From NCBI GenBank assembly GCA_047285535.1, contig JBJBDC010000001.1, positions 2,048,136 to 2,112,135 on the forward strand: 64,000 nt of DNA, given 5' to 3'. Shown one piece after another: positions 10,249 to 18,920 of this stretch. The position numbers were made by a program, and so were the translations under genes. Source of the stretch: Synechococcus sp. GTDB taxonomy: Bacteria > Cyanobacteriota > Cyanobacteriia > PCC-6307 > Cyanobiaceae. The notes under the pieces are model-generated. The model was not told where the DNA came from, searched no databases, and saw only the letters and a list, made by a program, of their open reading frames with translations. Position 1 is the first letter of the stretch. Every line of letters starts with the position of its first letter.

Positions 10249-13200
10249 ATGAGCCTGCTGCACGCCACCTGGCTTCCAGCCATTCGTACTCCGACCAGCT
10301 CAGGACGAGCTGCCTTATTGGTTTGGGCTGACACCTGGCGCGTCGCCGAACCAGCAGGCGCAAGCGCCACCCCTGCCATTCATCCCTTCACCCTCAGCAC
10401 AGACGAGCTGCGTGACTTACTGAGTTCACGGGACCTGTTACCCGAAGGCATCATTGATGCCATGGCCTGCCTCACCCTGCCAAGCCGCAGCGTGAAGCCC
10501 CGAAAAAAACGAGGATCTGAGACCAGCAGCACAGAACAACCTGGCTGGACTGGCCTGCCCTTACAAGCTGGCGAGCCGATTCCCAAACAAACTGAGTGGT
10601 GGCCTTGGCAGGTTCAAGGTCTAGCGATCGAGCCGATGGCAGCAACCGCATGGCTGTCCAGGCTCCCTCTTTCAGGGCGTCACCCTGACTTAGCTGATGA
10701 GTTGCGCTGGTGGAGTCATATGCAGCGTTGGTCCCTAAGCCTGGTCGCACGGAGTCGCTGGCTGCCCCAGGTGGAATTGAGTAAGGGCGAGGGCTATCCC
10801 CATCGCGCCCGCTGGGTACCGCTCCTGAATCGCGAGGAAGACCGTCGACGTCTTGAGGACATGGCGTCAAGCCTGCCCCTCGTCGCCACCTGTGCCCTGC
10901 CATGGCGCGAACCAACCGGGCGCAGAAGCAACCGCACAACACGGCTCCGACCGGAGGCCATGCGCGCCGCCAATCCAGTGGCCTGCTGCAGGCCCCGCAG
11001 CGGAAGGCTCAGGGTTGCCACGCTTTTAGCCGACCTGATGGATGCCCAGTTGCGCAAGGGCTTCACCCCAGATTCAGACCAGGACGGCTTGGATCCTCTG
11101 CTACTCGCCTGGGAGGAGGCCTTGAGTTCAGAGACCGGCGAAATTCAACTCGGTGATGAAGATGTCGAACGCTTAGCCACCGCCAGCAACCATTGGCGTG
11201 AAGGGGTCGCTGGCAATGTGGCAGCCGCCCGTGCCTGCCTGGACCTTGCCACACCAGCGGAGGGCGAAGAACTGTGGCCGCTGCGCTTCTTCCTGCAAGC
11301 AGAAGCCGATCCAACACTCAAGCTGAAGGCGGGGGCCGCCTGGGCCGCAGGGCCAAGCGGTTTACAACTCGGAGAAATCAAGGTGGATCACCCGGGTGAG
11401 GTGCTGCTTGAGGGGATGGGCCGAGCGTTGACCGTGTTCCAGCCAATCGAGCGCGGACTGGACAGTGCCACGCCAGAGAGCATGGAGCTCACACCGGCTG
11501 AAGCCTTTGTTCTGGTGCGTACGGCTGCCCGCCAACTGCGGGATGTAGGCGTCGGCGTTGACCTACCACCAAGTCTGTCGGGTGGTCTCGCCAGCCGACT
11601 CGGCCTCGCCATCAAGGCAGAACTATCGGAGCGCTCCCGCGGCTTCACCCTTGGAGAAAACCTTGATTGGAGCTGGGAGCTCATGATCGGTGGTGTGACG
11701 CTGACGTTACGAGAGCTCGAGCGTCTTGCCGGAAAGCGCAGCCCACTCGTCCGTCACAAGGGGGCCTGGATCGAACTGCGCCCCAATGACCTTAAAAATG
11801 CTGAGCGCTTTTGTGCTGCCAATCCAGACCTCAGCCTCGACGACGCCCTGCGTCTGACTGCCACAGAAGGCGACACCATGATGCGGTTGCCTGTGCATCA
11901 GTTCGATTCCGGTCCGCGGCTGCAAGCCGTACTGGAGCAATACCACCAGCAAAAAGCTCCAGACCCCCTGCCTGCACCCGAAGGATTTTCAGGGCAACTC
12001 CGGCCATATCAGGAGCGTGGCCTCGGCTGGCTGGCCTTCCTGCATCGTTTCGATCAAGGCGCTTGCTTAGCCGACGACATGGGCCTAGGCAAAACCATCC
12101 AACTGTTGGCCTTTCTTCAACACCTCAAAGCAGAGAAAGAGCTCAAGCGATCCGTGCTGTTAATCGCGCCCACTTCCGTTCTCACCAATTGGAAACGCGA
12201 AGCAACAGCATTCACTCCAGAGCTCAATGTGCATGAGCACTACGGTCCAAAACGACCCAGCACACCAGCTGCCCTGAAAAAGGCTTTGAAGGATGTGGAC
12301 CTCGTGCTCACCAGCTACGGGCTCTTGCAACGAGACAGCGAACTGCTCGAAAGTCATGATTGGCAAGGCCTCGTCATCGATGAAGCGCAGGCCATCAAAA
12401 ACCCATCGGCCAAGCAAAGCCAAGCGGCCCGTGATCTGGCGCGCCCGAAAAAAAGCAGCCGATTCCGCATCGCACTCACTGGAACACCAGTCGAAAACCG
12501 GGTCAGCGAACTCTGGGCATTGATGGATTTCCTCAACCCGCGAGTGCTGGGCGAAGAAGAATTTTTTCGACATCGCTATCGCATGCCGATTGAGCGCTAC
12601 GGGGACCTGTCATCCCTCCGTGACCTCAAAGCCCGGGTGGGTCCATTCATCCTCAGGAGACTGAAAACCGACAAAGCAATCATCTCGGATCTGCCTGAAA
12701 AAGTGGAATTGAGCGAATGGGTAGGCCTGAGCAAAGAACAGAAATCGCTCTACGCCAAAACCGTCGAAGACACCCTCGATGCCATTGCCCGCGCACCGCG
12801 TGGCAAGCGTCATGGTCAGGTTTTAGGGCTTCTGACCAAACTCAAGCAAATCTGCAACCACCCTGCCCTTGCACTCAAAGAGGAGACTGCCGGCGATGAT
12901 TTCCTCAAGCGATCTGTGAAATTGCAACGTCTCGAAGAAATTCTTGACGAGGTGGTCGAAGCGGGAGATCGAGCGTTGCTCTTTACCCAGTTCGCGGAAT
13001 GGGGAAAATTGCTGCAGGACTATTTGCAGCGTCGCTGGCGCAGCGAAGTGCCATTCCTGAGTGGTAGCACCAGCAAGAGTGAGCGTCAGGCCATGGTCGA
13101 TCGCTTCCAGGAGGATCCTCGAGGACCTCAGTTATTTCTGCTCTCACTCAAGGCCGGCGGAGTCGGGCTCAACCTCACACGGGCGAGTCATGTCTTTCAC

Positions 13201-13443
13201 ATTGATCGCTGGTGGAACCCCGCAGTTGAGAATCAAGCCACCGATCGTGCTTATCGCATTGGCCAGAGCAATCGGGTCATGGTGCATAAGTTCATCACCA
13301 GCGGCTCAGTTGAAGAAAAAATCGATCGGATGATCCGCGAAAAATCCAGACTCGCCGAAGACATCATTGGTTCTGGCGAAGACTGGCTTGGGGGCCTAGA
13401 GATGGGACAACTCAAGGAATTGGTAAGCCTGGAGAACAACTGA
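10249..13443 (+). CDS. SNF2-family (SF2) helicase/ATPase
   Basis: LRPYQERG, LADDMGLGKT, DEAQAIKN, ALTGTPVEN, LSLKAGGVGLNL, WWNPAVENQATDRAYRIGQ. Confidence 0.95.
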   Translation: MSLLHATWLPAIRTPTSSGRAALLVWADTWRVAEPAGASATPAIHPFTLSTDELRDLLSSRDLLPEGIIDAMACLTLPSRSVKPRKKRGSETSSTEQPGWTGLPLQAGEPIPKQTEWWPWQVQGLAIEPMAATAWLSRLPLSGRHPDLADELRWWSHMQRWSLSLVARSRWLPQVELSKGEGYPHRARWVPLLNREEDRRRLEDMASSLPLVATCALPWREPTGRRSNRTTRLRPEAMRAANPVACCRPRSGRLRVATLLADLMDAQLRKGFTPDSDQDGLDPLLLAWEEALSSETGEIQLGDEDVERLATASNHWREGVAGNVAAARACLDLATPAEGEELWPLRFFLQAEADPTLKLKAGAAWAAGPSGLQLGEIKVDHPGEVLLEGMGRALTVFQPIERGLDSATPESMELTPAEAFVLVRTAARQLRDVGVGVDLPPSLSGGLASRLGLAIKAELSERSRGFTLGENLDWSWELMIGGVTLTLRELERLAGKRSPLVRHKGAWIELRPNDLKNAERFCAANPDLSLDDALRLTATEGDTMMRLPVHQFDSGPRLQAVLEQYHQQKAPDPLPAPEGFSGQLRPYQERGLGWLAFLHRFDQGACLADDMGLGKTIQLLAFLQHLKAEKELKRSVLLIAPTSVLTNWKREATAFTPELNVHEHYGPKRPSTPAALKKALKDVDLVLTSYGLLQRDSELLESHDWQGLVIDEAQAIKNPSAKQSQAARDLARPKKSSRFRIALTGTPVENRVSELWALMDFLNPRVLGEEEFFRHRYRMPIERYGDLSSLRDLKARVGPFILRRLKTDKAIISDLPEKVELSEWVGLSKEQKSLYAKTVEDTLDAIARAPRGKRHGQVLGLLTKLKQICNHPALALKEETAGDDFLKRSVKLQRLEEILDEVVEAGDRALLFTQFAEWGKLLQDYLQRRWRSEVPFLSGSTSKSERQAMVDRFQEDPRGPQLFLLSLKAGGVGLNLTRASHVFHIDRWWNPAVENQATDRAYRIGQSNRVMVHKFITSGSVEEKIDRMIREKSRLAEDIIGSGEDWLGGLEMGQLKELVSLENN

Positions 13444-13445
13444 AC

Positions 13446-14339
13446 ATGAGCACCACCCCACCTGGCATCAACACTTCAATGAGTGACGACGGGCTGTCAC
13501 ATCAGCCTTGGTGGGTTGAGCAATGGATGGAACTGATCAATTCCTATCGCTTTAAAAAGCGACTGGAGAGAGCCTGGGCCTACGCGCGCGAAGGACATGT
13601 GACCTCAATCCGCTTTGAAGGTCGAAGGGTGCATGCCCGCGTCCAAGGCACCGATGCAGACCCCTACAAGGTGAAGCTCTGGCTCGACGTTTTAAAAGAT
13701 GAGGACTGGGGTTATGTGCTCGAAGCGCTCACGGGGAAGGCTCGCTGGTCCGCTCAACTTCTGGCCGGAATCATGCCAGCCGATATCGAACGGGCCTTTG
13801 CTGCCAGTGGTCGTCGTCTGTTTCCCTTCAAGCTTCAAGAGGTGAGAAGCGAATGCAGCTGTCCCGATAAAGCCAACCCCTGCAAGCACATCAGCGCCGT
13901 TTACTTCCTGATGGGAGAACGGTTCAGCGAAGATCCATTTGTGCTGTTCCAGCTACGTGGTCGCACTCGAGCCAAACTGCTCGAAGATCTAGCAGAACAC
14001 CGTCTACAGGCCCTGCAGGCCATTGCCGAGAGCGAGAACAGCAACGACAATGCCGAGACCCCTGCCGTTGATGCCAGCAGCGGTGAACTCAATCCGCCCC
14101 ATCCCGCGGTTCTCGATCCCACGCTCTGGTGGCGTTACGACGCTGGCCTAGACAGCGACCTTGTTGTGATCACACCGGCGATGGAGGGAGATACAGGGCT
14201 CGATGCGGCGGGGGATCTCCCTCTGGCTGAAGAACCACGCTTTCCGGAAGCCCGTCCTCGTTTTTTACAGCACCTTCGCCAACAGGGCCAAGCTTTAGCG
14301 CAGCAAGCCATGCTGGAGGCGATGGCAGCAGGGAACTAA
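13446..14339 (+). CDS. SWIM zinc-finger protein
   Basis: CSCPDKANPCKH SWIM motif. Starts 2 nt after the SNF2 gene, the usual pairing. Confidence 0.9.
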   Translation: MSTTPPGINTSMSDDGLSHQPWWVEQWMELINSYRFKKRLERAWAYAREGHVTSIRFEGRRVHARVQGTDADPYKVKLWLDVLKDEDWGYVLEALTGKARWSAQLLAGIMPADIERAFAASGRRLFPFKLQEVRSECSCPDKANPCKHISAVYFLMGERFSEDPFVLFQLRGRTRAKLLEDLAEHRLQALQAIAESENSNDNAETPAVDASSGELNPPHPAVLDPTLWWRYDAGLDSDLVVITPAMEGDTGLDAAGDLPLAEEPRFPEARPRFLQHLRQQGQALAQQAMLEAMAAGN

Positions 14340-14378
14340 ATCGTCTTTTCAATCGTTCACTCCATCGTCGCAAGAGTT

Positions 14379-14861
14379 ATGGAGAACTCCGTAGCCCCCT
14401 GGTTAAGTCTGGAAACTCAGGCGCTCATTCAAAACCTGCTGATTTCCCATCAACGAGCCTTCTCTCAACCGCTGGTGCAAGGAAATCTGGGGACCGACTC
14501 GAAGCGCACTGCAGCTCAAGAGCTCTTTATAAGCCCAATCGTCGTATTAGCCCATGACAACAACAGTGACCCCTTGTTGACCTATGCCAATAGCAGGGCC
14601 CTAAGGCTCTGGGGTCACAACTGGGCCAGCATGGTGGGCATGCCCTCCCGCCTCACAGCGGAAGAAAGCGAGCGCGGTGAACGCGCAAGTGCACTGAAGC
14701 AAGCCCATCAAGTTGACGGCTTCCGCGACTACAGCGGCATTCGAATCAACCGAAACGGCCGACGTTTCATGATCAACAAGGCCCGAATCTGGTCCATTTG
14801 GGATGCAAACAACGAAAAGCGCGGACAAGCAGCTGCCTTTTCGAGCTGGTGGTGGATTTGA
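14379..14861 (+). CDS. MEKHLA-domain protein
   Basis: VLAH...DP.LTYAN..AL.LW, GMPSRLTAE, YSGIRI...GRRF.I, GQAAAF. Confidence 0.85.
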   Translation: MENSVAPWLSLETQALIQNLLISHQRAFSQPLVQGNLGTDSKRTAAQELFISPIVVLAHDNNSDPLLTYANSRALRLWGHNWASMVGMPSRLTAEESERGERASALKQAHQVDGFRDYSGIRINRNGRRFMINKARIWSIWDANNEKRGQAAAFSSWWWI

Positions 14862-15036
14862 TTCAAGACCCAACGGTTCGGTTCTTGCGATATCCCAGTA
14901 GCAGCAACCGAACCAAGTAGTCTAGACCGCACTAAAACTGACGGTTCTTACACTCCCTATTAGCATTAATCCAGTGCAGATTGGCGTTGTGGAAAACAAG
15001 ATCTTTCCCATTTCATCGTCACTTTAAGGAATCACC

Positions 15037-15462
15037 ATGATCACCCTTCGCCCATCACCTTTCGATCTATTTGATCGTCTTGAGCAACAAGTCTCTCAAG
15101 CTGAAAGAGTTCCAGCCGCCGAAGTCATCGAAAACAAATCTGGCTACATCGTGCGCTTAGAACTGCCAGGCGTCGACCATGACTCGATTGATGTCAAAGC
15201 CACCGATCGTTCACTGGTCATTAGCGCCGAACGCAAGTCCGCCGCCTTCGTCGAAGACGGTGCCACGCCCGATGAACGGTCTGAGCCGGAGAATCAACAC
15301 CTTCTAAGCGAATTCCGCACTGGAACTTGGAGTCGCAGTTTCCGCTTCGCCCAGCCCCTCGATCGTGACCATTTAGAAGCCTCGTACCGCGACGGCATTC
15401 TTGAAATCAAGGCGGCAAAAAGCGATAACCGCACTTCAGTTTCGGTGAAAGTCAATAGCTAA
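15037..15462 (+). CDS. hspA: Small heat-shock protein (Hsp20/alpha-crystallin)
   Basis: ELPGV, LVISAER, EFRTGTWSRSF, ASYRDGILEI. AAGGA RBS upstream. Confidence 0.9.
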   Translation: MITLRPSPFDLFDRLEQQVSQAERVPAAEVIENKSGYIVRLELPGVDHDSIDVKATDRSLVISAERKSAAFVEDGATPDERSEPENQHLLSEFRTGTWSRSFRFAQPLDRDHLEASYRDGILEIKAAKSDNRTSVSVKVNS

Positions 15463-15516
15463 ACCAACCAACACACCACGGTCCACGGAACGGAGTTCTA
15501 CGGGAAAGAAGCTCAA

Positions 15517-15545
15517 GGCTCCTCGCTGCGGCGGGAGCCATTTTT
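15517..15545 (+). terminator. Intrinsic terminator downstream of hsp20
   Basis: Hairpin GGCTCC-tcgctgcggcg-GGAGCC followed by ATTTTT. Confidence 0.75.
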
Positions 15546-15566
15546 CAGGTTGGTGGTTGGTACCCA

Positions 15567-15641
15567 CTGAGCTTGTTGAACCTGAGCTTGTTGAAACTCA
15601 GCCGTTTGAAACTGAGATTTTTGAATCAGAGCAGCTCGATA
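15567..15641. repeat. Degenerate 15-bp tandem repeat, about 5 units
   Basis: ctgagcttgttgaac / ctgagcttgttgaaa / ctcagccgtttgaaa / ctgagatttttgaat / cagagcagctcgata. Confidence 0.75.
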
Positions 15642-15694
15642 AAGTGAACCGTTGTTCCGTCGGATGATCGGCGGGCTTCCGGAGAACGCAAGCC

Positions 15695-16888
15695 ATGCAT
15701 CGACGGCAGCTGCTTCGCAGCGGTGGGCAGGCGGCGGCGGCGGCAGGAGCCGTTGCTTTAAGCGCCTGCACCATCCGCCGAGCGGAAGAAACCCGCGCCA
15801 GCGGCTTACCCCAAGTTCGCTGGCGGATGGCCACCAGTTGGCCTGTGTCCTTAGACACGATTTACGGAGGGGCCACCACCATCAGCCAACGGATCGAGGA
15901 GATGAGCGGTGGAGCCTTCCGTATCGAACCGTTTGCAGCAGGTGAAATCGTGCCTGGGCTTGAGGTGCTGGATGCAGTTCAAGCCGGATCCGTGGAATGC
16001 GGCCACACCGCCAGTTACTACTACATCGGGAAAAATCCTGCGTTTGCCTTTGGGACCGCTGTGCCGTTTGGGTTATCAGCCCAACAACAAAACGCCTGGC
16101 TGTATTACGGCGGCGGCAACGAGGCCATGAATGAGCTGTTCGCCGATTTCGGAGCCATCAGTTTTCCTGCGGGCAATACGGGGGGACAACTGGGTGGATG
16201 GTTCAAGAAACCGATCAAAAGCCTTGCTTCTCTCCAGGGCTTGAAAATGCGAATCCCTGGGCTTGGGGGAAAGGTCATGGCCAAACTGGGCGTGAATGTT
16301 CAGGTGCTACCTGGAGGCGAGATCTTCCTGGCCTTAGAACGGGGCGCCATTGATGCCGCCGAATTCACTGGCCCTTACGACGATGAAAAGCTTGGTTTGC
16401 CAAAAGCGGCCAAGCATTATTACTACCCGGGTTGGTGGGAGCCTGGACCCACCCTCATGGCTCTGGTCAACCGCAAAGCCTGGTCTGCCCTTCCCAAGGA
16501 ATACCAAGCCATGGTGCGCACGGCTTGTTATGAAGCCAATCTCGGCATGCTGAGTCATTACGAGCGACGTAACAGCGAAGCCCTGCAACGGATCACCCGA
16601 CAAGGCATCAAACTCGAGCGCTACAGCGACGAAATCCTGCGAGCAGCCCGCAGGGCAAGCGCAGAGATTTTCCAGGAACTGGCGGATGCCGATGCGGGCT
16701 TCCGCAATTTGCTTGAACGCTGGCGCATCTTCCGCCGTGAAGCCAGAACCTGGAACAGCATTAATGAACTGCCACTAGCTGAGTTTGATGACGGCAACAT
16801 CGGGGACCAGAACAGCGAAACGACAGGAAAACCAACCAGAGAACCATCAAGAGAACAGATAGGAGAACAAAACGGAGAACAGCGATGA
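15695..16888 (+). CDS. dctP: TRAP transporter substrate-binding protein (DctP, TakP-like), Tat lipoprotein
   Basis: Twin-Arg signal HRRQLL with lipobox LSAC. WRMATSW, GNTGGQLGGWF, KMRIPGLG, YYYPGWWEPG. Confidence 0.92.
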   Translation: MHRRQLLRSGGQAAAAAGAVALSACTIRRAEETRASGLPQVRWRMATSWPVSLDTIYGGATTISQRIEEMSGGAFRIEPFAAGEIVPGLEVLDAVQAGSVECGHTASYYYIGKNPAFAFGTAVPFGLSAQQQNAWLYYGGGNEAMNELFADFGAISFPAGNTGGQLGGWFKKPIKSLASLQGLKMRIPGLGGKVMAKLGVNVQVLPGGEIFLALERGAIDAAEFTGPYDDEKLGLPKAAKHYYYPGWWEPGPTLMALVNRKAWSALPKEYQAMVRTACYEANLGMLSHYERRNSEALQRITRQGIKLERYSDEILRAARRASAEIFQELADADAGFRNLLERWRIFRREARTWNSINELPLAEFDDGNIGDQNSETTGKPTREPSREQIGEQNGEQR

Positions 16889-17496
16889 ACGATCGCTTTT
16901 CAGGCCTCGTTCGTGGTCTCGACGGGATTAATGCCGTTGCCGCCTGGCTAGCGCGCTGGTCGGTGTTGCTGATGCTGGCAATCGGCTTCTGGAATGTGAT
17001 CGGTCGGTATGTGGGATCGGCCCTAGGGATCAACCTCAGCAGCAATGGGCTGATCGAAGCCCAATGGTATTTATTTGACCTGATTTTTCTGCTCGGCTTG
17101 GGCTGGACGCTGCAAAAGGGCGGCCATGTTCGGGTTGATGTCCTTCAAAATCGCTGGAGCGCCCGCCAGCGGGATCGTCAAGAACTCAGTGGACTACTCG
17201 TGCTGCTGTTGCCGTTCGCATTTGGCGTCATGGCCCTCTCGATGGCACCAGCACTGAGCTCTTGGAGCATTGGAGAGATGTCTCCCGACCCGGGTGGATT
17301 ACCCCGAACCTGGGTGAAATCACTCATCCCAGTTGGTTTTCTGCTGTTGGGGCTTCAGGGAGTTGCCGAATCCTTGCGTCTGCGTTGGAGGCTGATGCAT
17401 CCGGATGCATCTTCATCAGCGCAGGCCGAATCGAGGAGCGACCTCGAGGTGAGGGGTGGCGATCAGCAACCACCTCATGGAGGCATCAACCTGTGA
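16885..17496 (+). CDS. dctQ: TRAP transporter small permease
   Basis: About 4 TM helices, EAQWYLF, GHVRVDV, EMSPDPGGL. ATGA overlap with dctP. Confidence 0.9.
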   Translation: MNDRFSGLVRGLDGINAVAAWLARWSVLLMLAIGFWNVIGRYVGSALGINLSSNGLIEAQWYLFDLIFLLGLGWTLQKGGHVRVDVLQNRWSARQRDRQELSGLLVLLLPFAFGVMALSMAPALSSWSIGEMSPDPGGLPRTWVKSLIPVGFLLLGLQGVAESLRLRWRLMHPDASSSAQAESRSDLEVRGGDQQPPHGGINL

Positions 17497-18884
17497 TTGA
17501 AATCGAATCCATGGGTTGGGTCTTGAGTTTCGACCCCTCCGCTGTGCTCGCACCCGGCATGTTTCTGGCCCTGATTGTGGTCCTGCTCAGTGGATTCCCC
17601 GTGGCCTTCTGTCTCGGCGGCATCGGCGTGATCTTTGCGTTGCTGGGCATACTCAGCGGCGAAATCGAACCCCAATTCGCCACAGCTCTACCCCAACGAA
17701 TCCTGGGAATCATGAGCAACTTCACGTTGCTGGCCATTCCTGCCTTTGTCTTCATGGGATCGATGCTTGAAAGCTCAGGAATCGCCGAACGACTGCTCAA
17801 GAGTATGGGTCGCCTACTGGGACGAATTCGTGGTGGACTGGCCCTCGCCGTCGTGCTCGTTGGCTCACTCCTGGCAGCCACGACTGGGGTGGTCGCTGCG
17901 ACTGTCACCACGATGGGAATGATTTCCTTGCCCGCCATGCTGAAGGCTGGCTACGACAAAACCCTCGCCACAGGTGTGATTGTGGCGTCAGGAACCCTTG
18001 GACAGATCATCCCCCCAAGCATCGTGCTCGTCGTGCTTGGAGATCAGTTGGGAATCTCTGTGGGGGACCTGTTTATTGGCGCCATGATTCCTGGCCTGCT
18101 GATGGCAACAGTGTTCGCGATCTATGTACTGGTCGTTAGTGCCCTCAAACCCGAACTTGCTCCCCAGCTGGAGGAACAAGAGCGGGGTTCAAGCCGCCCG
18201 ATGCAACTGATCCAGTCGATGCTGCCGCCGCTGGCCTTGATCCTGATTGTGCTGGGAAGCATCTTTTTCGGGATCGCTACTCCCACAGAGGCAGGCGTCA
18301 TCGGAGCTGTCGGAGCAACCCTCCTGGCAGCACTGAATGGAGGCTTCAGCCGCAATCAGCTGTCCAGAGTGTGCGAAACAACGATGCGCACGACGGCCAT
18401 GGTGATGGCAATCCTTTTGGGATCAACGGCCTTCAGCCTTGTCTTTAGAGGAGTCGGCGGTGATCAGTTGATCGCCGACGTGCTCCTCAACCTCCCCGGT
18501 GGTCGCATCGGATTTCTGGTGTTCAGCATGCTGATCATCTTTGTGCTCGGCTTTTTTATTGATTTCTTCGAAATCGCTTTCATTGCCGTGCCATTACTGC
18601 TGCCAGCAGCACGACAACTGCTTGGCCCCGATGCACTGATCTGGTTCGGCGTGATGATCGGGGCCAATTTGCAGACGTCCTTTCTCACACCACCCTTCGG
18701 CTTCGCCCTCTTCTATCTTCGCGGGGTCGCCCCCAAAGAGGTGCGCACCCGCGACATCTATCGCGGAGCCCTGCCTTTTGTCGGCTTACAGGTGGCCGTC
18801 CTGGCTTTGATCATCAGCGTGCCTGGTCTCGTGGACTGGTTACCGCGCCTTGCAACCACACTCACACCAGGACCAGTGACCTGA
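17493..18884 (+). CDS. dctM: TRAP transporter large permease
   Basis: LLAIPAFVFMG, SGTLGQIIPPSIVL, SFLTPPFG. Start at GTG 17493 (GTGA overlap with dctQ) or ATG 17511. Confidence 0.92.
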   Translation: MIEIESMGWVLSFDPSAVLAPGMFLALIVVLLSGFPVAFCLGGIGVIFALLGILSGEIEPQFATALPQRILGIMSNFTLLAIPAFVFMGSMLESSGIAERLLKSMGRLLGRIRGGLALAVVLVGSLLAATTGVVAATVTTMGMISLPAMLKAGYDKTLATGVIVASGTLGQIIPPSIVLVVLGDQLGISVGDLFIGAMIPGLLMATVFAIYVLVVSALKPELAPQLEEQERGSSRPMQLIQSMLPPLALILIVLGSIFFGIATPTEAGVIGAVGATLLAALNGGFSRNQLSRVCETTMRTTAMVMAILLGSTAFSLVFRGVGGDQLIADVLLNLPGGRIGFLVFSMLIIFVLGFFIDFFEIAFIAVPLLLPAARQLLGPDALIWFGVMIGANLQTSFLTPPFGFALFYLRGVAPKEVRTRDIYRGALPFVGLQVAVLALIISVPGLVDWLPRLATTLTPGPVT

Positions 18885-18920
18885 AGTTCTCCGTAGAGTT
18901 TGAATCAGCGTGTAACTGTT

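Noticed and set aside
10249..14339. SNF2 plus SWIM as a novel defence system
   Set aside because: A common chromosomal pairing with backbone-like composition and no associated nuclease or methylase.
14960..14986. Possible CIRCE element upstream of hsp20 (TTAGCATT...)
   Set aside because: Only the left arm partly matches; there is no GAGTGCTAA arm at 9-nt spacing.
15567..15641. Possible CRISPR array
   Set aside because: Units are contiguous 15-mers with no spacers, and there are no cas genes.
17262..17492. N-terminal extension of dctM
   Set aside because: Lies inside dctQ; GTG 17493 or ATG 17511 fits coupling and family length.
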